NCBI GenBank assembly: GCA_000004985.1
Contig: GG738864.1
Strand: one strand, 5' to 3'
Source of the DNA: Naegleria gruberi
Taxonomy: Eukaryota
Length of the DNA stretch: 64,000 nucleotides
Of this stretch, positions 55,926 to 64,000 are shown in pieces. The notes below the pieces were generated by a model. That model worked only from the letters and a program-made list of their open reading frames with translations. It was not told where the DNA came from and did no database searches. A program made the translations under genes and the position numbers. Position 1 is the first letter of the stretch; each line of letters begins with the position of its first letter.

Positions 55926-56686
55926 TCACGTTTATTGGTGAAGTTAGAGTAAAGGAAAGCCACAGACAATAGCAGGTAGCAAAAATCTGTGTGGTGTAAT
56001 GATGAGGAGGTTCGTTGTTGTATTTTTTCTTCTAATTGGAAAGGAAAAATCATCACGTAACTAGAGAACAGCTTTGATCTGCACCATAGGACCAATTAGG
56101 GAGTGATAGATAACGATTGTTAGTATATAGGTTTGATATTTGTTGCATTCTAATTATTATTGAAAGAACACTAAGGTAACATGTTGAATCGAGATTGAAA
56201 TATAAATTAAAAAAAATAATGGCAATATCTTGACTTCTCTTAATAAAGGCTATGAATAGGATTGGTTCAAACCTCCTTATTGTTGTTGTTATTGAGAATC
56301 TTTCATCATGGATGGTAACAAGGGGTTATGCTCACAATCAAATTAAAGCATTCATTTCGCTCATAATTATGTTAATAATACCAACATTGGATAGAGAATC
56401 TCATCCATGTTCAATACTTTACTCGAGCTTTCCATCTACTTACTATTATTTTGCAGCCATACCAATATTTCCAAGGATTGCCAATTAAATCATCACTATT
56501 ATCCAAGATGGACCCTCTTTAACAAATATGTAATGATGCTTCTCGATATCATGAGCAAAAACCTTCTCCCATCGTACAAATCCTAATAGTCACATTGAAA
56601 GAAATAACACCCTATCCTTTCGGGAAGCTAGAGATCATTGAATATCAACCACCACTTCATCACCACAATATCGGACCAGTTAAAAG

Positions 56687-58729
56687 ATGAGTGGTGCTGA
56701 TTTTGTGTTGTCTGCCACTACTACCAATAATAACAATGGTGATGATACTATTCATCAAAAGATACAATTATTTACTCAAGCTATTGGTGAGGTAGACCAA
56801 GAAGGAAAGTCAACAACTAATGCAAGTAGTGCTCGTAGGTGGAGTTTTTCATCAGATTCTTCATCCTCCTCTTCTCATTCGTCAAATTCATCATCGGGTG
56901 CAGATGATACTGCTGATGATGAAGATGAAGAAATAACAATGGTTTGGAATAATGCAACTGACAGTAATGTTGATAATAATATTGAAACTAGTGTTACAAC
57001 TCCTTTGAATAATAAGATTGTTATTATTACGAATGAGGAGGACATTGGAGAGGAAGAAAATACATTATCAGACTCATCAGATATTATTTCGAATACTTAT
57101 AATTCAATAGAACAGAAGGAAGAAGATAAACCAGTCGTACCTTCTTATGAAAAGTTTAGTTTGAAAGAACAGTTGAAACTCAAGCTTCCTTCTTCAATAC
57201 TTCATCTCACTTCTCCTAATAACACAACTAGTAATAATAACAGTTCAACACAATTTACAACAACAACACTAACAGACAATAGTTCAAAATCAAGCTCTCC
57301 ACAAACACCAACCGAGAAACCAACAACAAATGGTGATGAATCACTGCAAATCATGGAATTAAATATTGAAAGTCCAAATGAAGAGTTAGACGATACATCG
57401 AGGAGATTTACATTCAATTCTACCGATATTATCAAGGCAGTTTTTGAAGGAAAACACGATGAGGAAGTTGGAAAACTGTTACAAACAGATGTTTCTGATT
57501 ATTTAACACAACTAGTCAAGAGGAAAAATCAAATTACCAATCCAGTGGTGATGCCGAGTCCCTCTCCTATCAAGAGGATGAACTCTACCTTCCTCACTCC
57601 TTCTACACCTTTAGGGATGACAAAGTCTGGCTCATCTAGTGATATATCCAGTCCTTGTTCATCACCAAATTTGGACAAATTGAATACAATTATTGAAAAG
57701 AAAAAACTTTCCAGGTCTAATACTACTGTTCACAATTATACACTCTCCCCAGAATTAAAGCAGAGAAGAAAAATTACAGCAATTGGATCCGGAATGATTC
57801 CAAATGATTTTAATATGGTACAATCTCCATTGAGTGATTATGGAATTGATTTTTCACAATCTGATAGCAAAATAACTGCTTCCAAAAGGTCGATGAGCAT
57901 TGGGCCAAATCTTCAATCCTACTATTCTTCATCTACAAATGCAATGAAGAGTGATCCTAACTCTGTTTCAACAGACGATATTTACAGAGTTACAATTCTA
58001 GGATCTGTTGGTGTTGGAAAATCATCATTAATTAACAAATTTATTAAGGGAACATTCTCCAATGAGTATAATTCTACAGTTTTCGAGGATATTTATCACA
58101 AGCCACTCATGTTTTTGAAATATCAGGAAATTAAGCTTTTGGAAATATTGGACACAAGTGCCCTACACATCAAACATTACAAAAATAAGGCAAATCAAGA
58201 GGATGAATCACCATCCATGGAGATACCTTCAAGTTTTCTTAGTGATTATATTATTAACTGTGATGCATACATACTAGTGTACAGTGTGGATGACATTCAA
58301 AGTTATAAATATTGTAAGGATATTTACAAATCAATTGTCGGTCAGAAAAAGATGGCTGGTCTTAAAAGAACTAGATCAAACTTGAGAGCTAGTGGAAACA
58401 GTCTCATAGCAACGCCAAGAACAGTTGCTCGATCTGATGTTCCTCTTGTCCTTGTTGGAAACAAGTCAGATGTTGGAATTGAGGAAAAATTTATTGATTC
58501 AAAAGTAGTTTGGGAAGATGTACATACAGAGCTAGCATTTGGTTCAAATTGTTCTTTTGTGGAAACTAGCGCCAAGAAGGAAGATGTTGATTGTATTTTC
58601 CAAGCACTTGTAAATAGAATTTGTTTGAGGGAAGAACCAAAGACTTCTTCCAAAATACAAATATCCTCTTCACTTCCAACCAAAAAGACAGGTCAACACG
58701 ATTCAAATAAAAAGTGTGTCATTCTGTAG
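56687..58729 (+). CDS. Ras-like small GTPase domain (C-terminal, CaaX box CVIL) fused to a ~430-aa Ser/Thr/Asn-rich N-terminal extension. Switch II lacks Gly and Gln (DTSALH).
   Basis: - G1: ILGSVGVGKSS.
- G2: YNSTVFED.
- G3: ILDTSALH (canonical DTAGQE).
- A ~30-aa insert follows.
- G4: LVGNKSD.
- G5: ETSAKK.
- C-terminal KKCVIL is a geranylgeranyl-type CaaX.
- The N-terminal extension is low-complexity (SSSSSHSSNSSSGADDTADDEDEE; NNTTSNNNSSTQFTTTT). Confidence 0.7.
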   Translation: MSGADFVLSATTTNNNNGDDTIHQKIQLFTQAIGEVDQEGKSTTNASSARRWSFSSDSSSSSSHSSNSSSGADDTADDEDEEITMVWNNATDSNVDNNIETSVTTPLNNKIVIITNEEDIGEEENTLSDSSDIISNTYNSIEQKEEDKPVVPSYEKFSLKEQLKLKLPSSILHLTSPNNTTSNNNSSTQFTTTTLTDNSSKSSSPQTPTEKPTTNGDESLQIMELNIESPNEELDDTSRRFTFNSTDIIKAVFEGKHDEEVGKLLQTDVSDYLTQLVKRKNQITNPVVMPSPSPIKRMNSTFLTPSTPLGMTKSGSSSDISSPCSSPNLDKLNTIIEKKKLSRSNTTVHNYTLSPELKQRRKITAIGSGMIPNDFNMVQSPLSDYGIDFSQSDSKITASKRSMSIGPNLQSYYSSSTNAMKSDPNSVSTDDIYRVTILGSVGVGKSSLINKFIKGTFSNEYNSTVFEDIYHKPLMFLKYQEIKLLEILDTSALHIKHYKNKANQEDESPSMEIPSSFLSDYIINCDAYILVYSVDDIQSYKYCKDIYKSIVGQKKMAGLKRTRSNLRASGNSLIATPRTVARSDVPLVLVGNKSDVGIEEKFIDSKVVWEDVHTELAFGSNCSFVETSAKKEDVDCIFQALVNRICLREEPKTSSKIQISSSLPTKKTGQHDSNKKCVIL

Positions 58730-59014
58730 AGTCAAATAGCAACAATCAAATTATTATTATTATTTGATTTCTTATTTATTGATTTAATCCATGTCATTCA
58801 AAATGCCCAAATTCTTCATTACAAACTCCTATTCGTTATTTAATATCCAGTTTTGACTCATTCCATTAATACACTTTGCCCCTTCCTCACCAATCATATT
58901 ATTGGAAATATTGAGAATGGTCAACTGTTTCATACCACTAATTGATTTAGCTCCTGCTTCACCAACAAAGTTGTATTTGACAACAAGACTTTTTAAATTA
59001 GACATTCCACTAAT

Positions 59015-60157
59015 TTAGGCTGCCCCCTCCGGTCCAATATTATTGCTGGAAATATCTAGTATTACCAAGTTGGGCAATCTACTTATTGCTCTAGCACCTT
59101 CCACACCAAAATGATTATAAGAAATATCTAGTTCAGTCAATTGTGTCATTTCACCAATGTAATTAGCTCCTGTTGCATTCATCTTTGTTGCACTAACATT
59201 CAAAATCTTTAAATTCTTCAATTTCTTAATGAATCTAGCACCCTCAGATTCTATTATATTTGATTGAACATCGAGGAGAGTGAGATTTCTTAGTTGAGAT
59301 ATAAATTTAATTCCTCCCAATTCAACAATATTGAAGGTAGCTCTCAATTCTATTAAATTCTTCATTTCTCCCAAATATTTAGCTCCTTCTGGATTAATTT
59401 CATTCCGACTCACATCTAAACTTGTCAAATTCACTAATCCACTAGAAAGAAGTCTCATGCCCTCTGGACCGTTATAATATCCACTAATCTTTAAGTATTT
59501 TAAATTATTCATCCTTGCAATAGCTTCAAACCCTTCCAAATCAATCATATTCCAGCAAATAACAAGTGAAGTCAACTGTTTCATCTTGCTAATTGAAATA
59601 GCTCCGTTAGGTCCTATGTTATTCAAAGGTATTTGCAATGTTTTCAAATTCTTCATTTTACTAATATATTTGGCTCCTTTACGCCCAACAGAATTTTTCC
59701 CAATATCCAAATAGGTCAATTCTTTCAGTTTGCTGATTAGTTTTGCCTCCTTTTCTTTTAATCCATTTTCATTAATCGAAAGACAAGTTAAATTTTTCAT
59801 TAATGACAAAACTGTTAAAAATTGTTTGTCTCTAATAAGATTCGCATAATTGACCTTAACATTTCGAATAGAGTTAAGCACTTGACTATTTCTCAAGTGT
59901 TGAACTCTTTCCTCTTGAATAATTTGATGAAAATCCAAACAAAGTTTAGAATATTGGTTGATCAAGAAGTAGGTCCATTGTTTGGAAATTAAAGGACAAT
60001 ATTTTAAAATTTCCCAACCTGTTAGAAAGCTCATAATTTCATGTATAATATCATCAGGAAGGAAATTATCTGAAAAGTTTCTAATAGAAACCTCGTGTGG
60101 TGTCGTTAATTTGGAGTTTCGCATTTTTTTTATTGTAAACATTTCAATATGGAACAC
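59015..60157 (-). CDS. F-box-like plus RNI-type LRR protein.
   Basis: 380 aa. N-terminal F-box-like segment: FSDNFLPDDIIHEIMSFLTGWEILKYCPLISKQW. It is followed by about 11 LRRs of 24-28 residues (LDISSNNIGPEGA; LDVSRNEINPEGAKYLGEMKNL...). This is the same family as 26760 and 60430. Confidence 0.75.
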   Translation of the reverse strand: MFHIEMFTIKKMRNSKLTTPHEVSIRNFSDNFLPDDIIHEIMSFLTGWEILKYCPLISKQWTYFLINQYSKLCLDFHQIIQEERVQHLRNSQVLNSIRNVKVNYANLIRDKQFLTVLSLMKNLTCLSINENGLKEKEAKLISKLKELTYLDIGKNSVGRKGAKYISKMKNLKTLQIPLNNIGPNGAISISKMKQLTSLVICWNMIDLEGFEAIARMNNLKYLKISGYYNGPEGMRLLSSGLVNLTSLDVSRNEINPEGAKYLGEMKNLIELRATFNIVELGGIKFISQLRNLTLLDVQSNIIESEGARFIKKLKNLKILNVSATKMNATGANYIGEMTQLTELDISYNHFGVEGARAISRLPNLVILDISSNNIGPEGAA

Positions 60158-60268
60158 TCTTGGAACTTTTTCGAATAGTATGTCAAGTTGTATCCACTGA
60201 TTAATTGTAAACTATTCCACAACCTCTTAAATTTCCCTTAATTATGAAACAAAACTTTACAAAAAAAA

Positions 60269-61314
60269 ATGAGTCAAAATGATCAAGGTTCACCACTATC
60301 ATCAAATTTTGTATTTTCGGAACAGCGCTGTGATGATGAAGAAAATTCCTTCCCTTTGGAAACAGCGATATTAAAAATGAACATCATGATGATAACGGTA
60401 TTAATTTTAGAGATCAATTTCCTGATGAAATGTGTTATGAAGTATTGTCCTTCCTTTCGCATAGATTTATTTTGAGGACGTGTACGCTGATTTCGTCTCA
60501 GTGGTATAATGTTATTAAGGAACGTTGTTTGTTTTCGACTATGTTCAATTCACCCGTTACTAAAGAAAGAGCTCAATTGATGATTAATAGCCCCTTTCTG
60601 GAACGAATAATCTCTGTAAGTTGTACACAAGCAGCAACTACATGTAAACAATATTGGAAAGCCATTGGAATGATGAAACGATTGACTTATATTAACACAG
60701 TTAGTAACCAAATAACCTCGAATGTACTGTACATTATTAAGAATATTACAAAATTGAAATCGCTCCAGACATTATATATTGGATTTAATCCATTAGGAGA
60801 CGAGGGAGTTAAATTATTGGGTGGAATACCCAGTTTAACAAGTCTTAGTATTTGTGCAACCTCCTCAACTTTTGAATCAATGGGAGCTATTAGTCAATTG
60901 AAGAATCTCAATTATCTTGATGTTGCTTATTGTGACATTGGCGTGGAAGGGTCTAAAATAATTAGTGGAATGACCCATTTAACTGAACTTGATATTTCTC
61001 AGTCAAATATTGGGTCGGACGGAGTTAAATATATTTCTCAAATGTCAAATTTGAAAAATTTATTTATACCTGCAAATGAAATATTGGACGAAGGGGCTTT
61101 ATTTATTAGTAGTGGATTGAAAAATCTCACATTTCTCGAAATCAGTTGTAATGCACTGACGGATATAGGAATCTCAAGTATAGCTAAAATGAATCAATTG
61201 GAAGGTTTAGCCATCAACAAGAATAACATTGGTGAGGAAGGTAGAAAAGCTCTCACTCAAATGAAGGCATCCAGAACTAAATTTTATTTAGAATGTGATG
61301 ATTTGGTCCAATGA
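60269..61314 (+). CDS. F-box-like plus RNI-type LRR protein with a frame discontinuity between its N-terminal leader (frame of 60269) and the body (frame of 60430).
   Basis: The body ORF starts at 60430 (MCYEVLSFLSHRFILRTCTLISSQW...) with LRRs to 61314. The same frame stays open upstream to 60340 (...NGINFRDQFPDEMCYEVLSFL, completing the F-box-like LPDE..L motif) but without an ATG. An ATG-initiated leader (MSQNDQGSPLSSNFVFSEQRCDDEE...) sits in the adjacent frame from 60269. I found no usable GT..AG intron. A 1-nt indel in the GATGATGAAGAAAATT run at about 60335-60345 would fuse the two frames. Confidence 0.55.
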
Positions 61315-61396
61315 AGGTTTGAGTCCTCGCAACCAAAGACATTTAGATTATTAAAGGTGTCATCAAGTTTTAGTCAAACTGTTGCTGTAGCATGAT

Positions 61397-62902
61397 TTAT
61401 TTTTCTTTTGAAAATTTGAATCTATTTCCAAGGGCTAGTTGGAACAATGAGGAAGATAGAGAAATACCCTTCTTCAAACCAATTGCTTGATTCGAAGATC
61501 CTCCAACAGTTACAGACAAATCAGAGGCACTGTGTACATCTGGAATGTTCACTTTTTGTTTAGCATTCAGTTCTGGAGCTGAATTGCCACATACTCTTGC
61601 CTTAATGTTTGTCTTCCTAGAAAATATTGACCTCTTATTATTGCTGGCGTCGGATGTTGTGGTTTTAGATCTCTTTCTCGTTAAAAAGGCCTTATGTTCT
61701 GAGGAGGCCAGAGATTCTTCCTCTCCTTCTGAACAATCTGTGATATCACTTTCTGTATCACTACTCGTTTCATTGTTTCTATAGTAAAATAATGAGTCTG
61801 TGCTGCTGCATAGAGACTCACTTCGTGGTGTGGATGTTGAGGTTGGAGTTCCAGATTTGACTTTTCTTGGTGTTGTTACGAAACCAAAGTCAGTTCCTTC
61901 TTGTTGCAAGTTATAGATGCAATTCCAGGAATCAGTGAGCATGAGAACCTTTTTGAATACCTTATCAACGTGGTATCGTTGTTTGGCACTAACTTCAATA
62001 TAGGAGGAGAGATTGTGTTTCAATTTCATTTCTCTCATTGCTTGTCTGACTTGTTTCTTTGAAACAACCCTTGAACACATCATATCAATCTTATTGGCAA
62101 TTATTATTATTGGGAAATGTTCAATTTTGGATAATTGAAACTTTTTCTCTTGGACTTCTGCAACAAGTTGCTTCATTTTCTCAAAACTCGATTCGTTGGT
62201 AACGTCAAATACAAACACAAAAACTAAACTTTCTCTGATATAAGAGTCTTTCAAGTCTGCGTATTGATCTGAACCAGAAGTGTCTGTTATGTATAATTCG
62301 AAAGTTTCCAACTCTGTCTTTCTCACAATTTTGCTGTAAGATTCTTGAATGGTTGGATCATGGAAATTAGGGAAGGATTTTTGAACATATTGGGAAATGA
62401 TTGAGGTCTTGCCACATGCTTCATCTCCAACTAGGCACATTCTGACCTTTCTATTGTAATGTATCGAATAGTTATTCGATACATAATCGTCTTCTTCGTC
62501 CATTGTAGTGGACACTGTATCAAGAAAATCGCTTTGCATGGTGGCAACATCAAGTGATTGACTATGCAATCTATCAAAATGTTGTTTACATGGTGTTCTT
62601 GGAGTGATATCAGATTCACTCTTTGTAGCAGATGAAAGATTTGAAACAGTTCTCTTCAAAACTTGATCTGTTATAACATTAGACCTTTGAGTCAATCCAT
62701 CAGAGTTGGTAATAAAGCATGATCTCAATGAATATGGAGAACAATTACAAAAGATTGAATTATCATCTACAAAGAGTGTGTCCATCCCACTGCAATAACT
62801 TATCGAGCCACTCAATCCACACAAATCACTACTCGATGAATAAGTGGTCGTCATCCCAAAATTGACACAATTACTACTACTTGTCTTTTTATAAGCTGAC
62901 AT
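61397..62902 (-). CDS. Ras-like GTPase domain embedded in a 501-aa Ser/Thr-rich protein. Switch II lacks Ala, Gln and Glu (DTSGSD). No CaaX box.
   Basis: - G1: LVGDEACGKTS.
- G2: FHDPTIQESY (Ras-type PTIEDSY).
- G3: ITDTSGSDQY.
- G4: IANKID.
- G5: EVSAKQ.
- About 140-aa N-terminal and ~170-aa C-terminal Ser/Thr-rich extensions. The C-terminus is ...KFSKEK, with no Cys. Confidence 0.7.
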   Translation of the reverse strand: MSAYKKTSSSNCVNFGMTTTYSSSSDLCGLSGSISYCSGMDTLFVDDNSIFCNCSPYSLRSCFITNSDGLTQRSNVITDQVLKRTVSNLSSATKSESDITPRTPCKQHFDRLHSQSLDVATMQSDFLDTVSTTMDEEDDYVSNNYSIHYNRKVRMCLVGDEACGKTSIISQYVQKSFPNFHDPTIQESYSKIVRKTELETFELYITDTSGSDQYADLKDSYIRESLVFVFVFDVTNESSFEKMKQLVAEVQEKKFQLSKIEHFPIIIIANKIDMMCSRVVSKKQVRQAMREMKLKHNLSSYIEVSAKQRYHVDKVFKKVLMLTDSWNCIYNLQQEGTDFGFVTTPRKVKSGTPTSTSTPRSESLCSSTDSLFYYRNNETSSDTESDITDCSEGEEESLASSEHKAFLTRKRSKTTTSDASNNKRSIFSRKTNIKARVCGNSAPELNAKQKVNIPDVHSASDLSVTVGGSSNQAIGLKKGISLSSSLFQLALGNRFKFSKEK

Positions 62903-63667
62903 TCTTGTTAATTCTACTATTACTACTACTCTATTATCATATCCAAAAGGAAACCTTGCAATTTATTGGCTTGAAAGAGTTCTTTGCGCGAAAAATTAGA
63001 GAAGCCTTTGTGCGTTACAAGCTTATTGTTGTTCTGTTTTTTTTTGAGCGGTTCGTTGGGATACAAAGGTTTTTTGACTCGCAACGCACGAGCTTGTGGT
63101 TCAACTCACACACACGTGAGAGAAAAAGGCTTTTTGATTATCGGTGGAGTTCATCACTGCAAACACATGCAAAAGTTTCAAATGTCGTATTTATAGCATG
63201 CAAGTTTACGCAAGTGGTAAGGAACTTTATCTTCACTTTCCGAAATGAACATATACTTGTCAGAAATCTAAAATTCGCCAAAATACTGGATTGGTAGCTT
63301 CCTTCTTCAAGATAATAGTTGCATTTTGATAGCGCGGGAATGATTTACAATATCAATGAATTTGTCTTTATGGGGAAATTTTTTTTTGACTCGTTTCATG
63401 ATTTTCACTGATTTACAATCAACCAGAGGATTTCGGTATTTATTGACTTTAATTTTGCTTTATTTGAAGAAATTTACTGTGAATGTCAGGTGGTTTTTGC
63501 GATTTTGTTTGGCTGTTTGGGTTGCTGAGTTACATTTTAGAATTCTTCTAACCTATTCGAAAGTAAGAACTATGGCAGGTCAAAGTACTTTAAAGGAGTG
63601 ACCCATACCAAATAATATTAGTAATGTGTTTGTAGTAATTCATTAGTTTTTTTCTTTCAAAATAAAA

Positions 63668-63762
63668 AAGTGGGATGATACGTGAATCGAACACGTGACC
63701 GTAGGAGTGTGCAAGGTTCCATGACCTTTTTCAATATACCATTTATCCAAGATGTCGTTCTT
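63668..63762 (-). other. tRNA-related fragment: canonical T-arm/B-box and acceptor-like 3' end followed by an oligo-T (Pol III terminator-like) run. No foldable 5' half was found, so this is a possible tRNA pseudogene or tRNA-derived element.
   Basis: The minus strand reads ...GGTCACGTGTTCGATTCACGTATCATCCCACTTTTTTATT. ACGTG/TTCGATT/CACGT is a perfect 5-bp T-stem with a consensus T-loop, then 7 nt, a discriminator and T6. I could not find a complementary 5' acceptor strand, D-arm or anticodon arm within 120 nt upstream, with or without a canonical-position intron. Confidence 0.25.
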
Positions 63763-64000
63763 TCCAATGCACTCCCGTCAACCAGTACCTTTAATAAAGA
63801 TAGTTTAATATAAGTTTGAGTATGAGAAGGTGAACCAAAAAGGGAAATGTCAATTCCTCTTTTCAAAGATAAAAAAAAAATGTTTAAACTTGCAGTTCTG
63901 CGACCGACACACTTTAAATTGATCATAATTTTCATCATCATTTCCATCTCTTTAGTATTCATCGTTTTCACACTTTACAAAACAAATCGGAAATTACCCA

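Noticed and set aside
62881-63601. Track ORFs 62881..63297, 62984..63196 and 63356..63601
   Set aside because: They have low-complexity, Leu/Phe-rich composition and overlap each other in different frames in an atypical-composition spacer. No motifs. They are treated as non-coding (see the finding on this block).
63668-63735. Plus-strand similarity to the U6 snRNA 3' end (GGATGA.ACG....GTTCCAT....TTTTT)
   Set aside because: The invariant ACAGAGA and AGC boxes and the 5' stem-loop are absent upstream. The minus-strand tRNA-like reading explains the conserved bases better.
1-64000. Prokaryotic-style reading (operons, RBS, phage or defence islands)
   Set aside because: Multiple genes are interrupted by GT..AG introns that restore conserved motifs. 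There is an eIF3 subunit, NME7, F-box/WD40/ankyrin repertoire, and poly-Q/N tracts. The region is nuclear eukaryotic DNA.

Overview
This 64-kb window looks like nuclear DNA from a free-living protist, not a prokaryote. It is AT-rich, gene-dense on both strands, and contains very short spliceosomal introns that I could trace by eye. Most introns are 33-56 nt with GTAAGT, GTATGT, GTAGGT or GTACGT donors and (A/T)AG acceptors; two are longer at 117 and 165 nt. I identify about 30 protein-coding genes. Gene content: an NME7-type DM10 plus double-NDK protein (a cilium/flagellum marker); three head-to-head or neighbouring F-box-like plus ribonuclease-inhibitor-type LRR genes; a hybrid histidine kinase; and Dictyostelium-style Asn/Met/Gln homopolymer tracts. 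Together these suggest an amoeboflagellate such as Naegleria or a related amoeboid lineage. That organism assignment is inference only.

The most interesting loci are:
- A giant (~2,780 aa) receptor-like kinase. Its architecture is signal peptide, ~25 NHL beta-propeller repeats, ~20 EGF-like modules, a ~1,300-aa unknown ectodomain, a TM segment and a Ser/Thr kinase. It is interrupted by an apparent +1 frameshift and carries a 41-nt intron inside the kinase domain. A second membrane-anchored kinase with an HSD catalytic loop (in place of HRD) lies tail-to-tail with it.
- A block at 56.7-62.9 kb: Ras-like GTPase, LRR, LRR, Ras-like GTPase. Both GTPases, plus a third at 14.5 kb, lack the catalytic glutamine of the DTAGQE switch-II motif.
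- A 6-TM hybrid sensor histidine kinase with a fused receiver domain, split by a 40-nt intron.
- A 1,166-aa two-exon enzyme-like protein of unidentified family.
- An ATP-dependent DNA ligase with a presequence-like N-terminus.
- A SAM-domain sphingomyelin-synthase-family enzyme.

No rRNA, CRISPR or clear mobile element was found. One tRNA-like T-arm plus oligo-T terminator fragment sits at the 3' end of the window. Exon coordinates were derived by manual reading and may be off by 1-2 nt.
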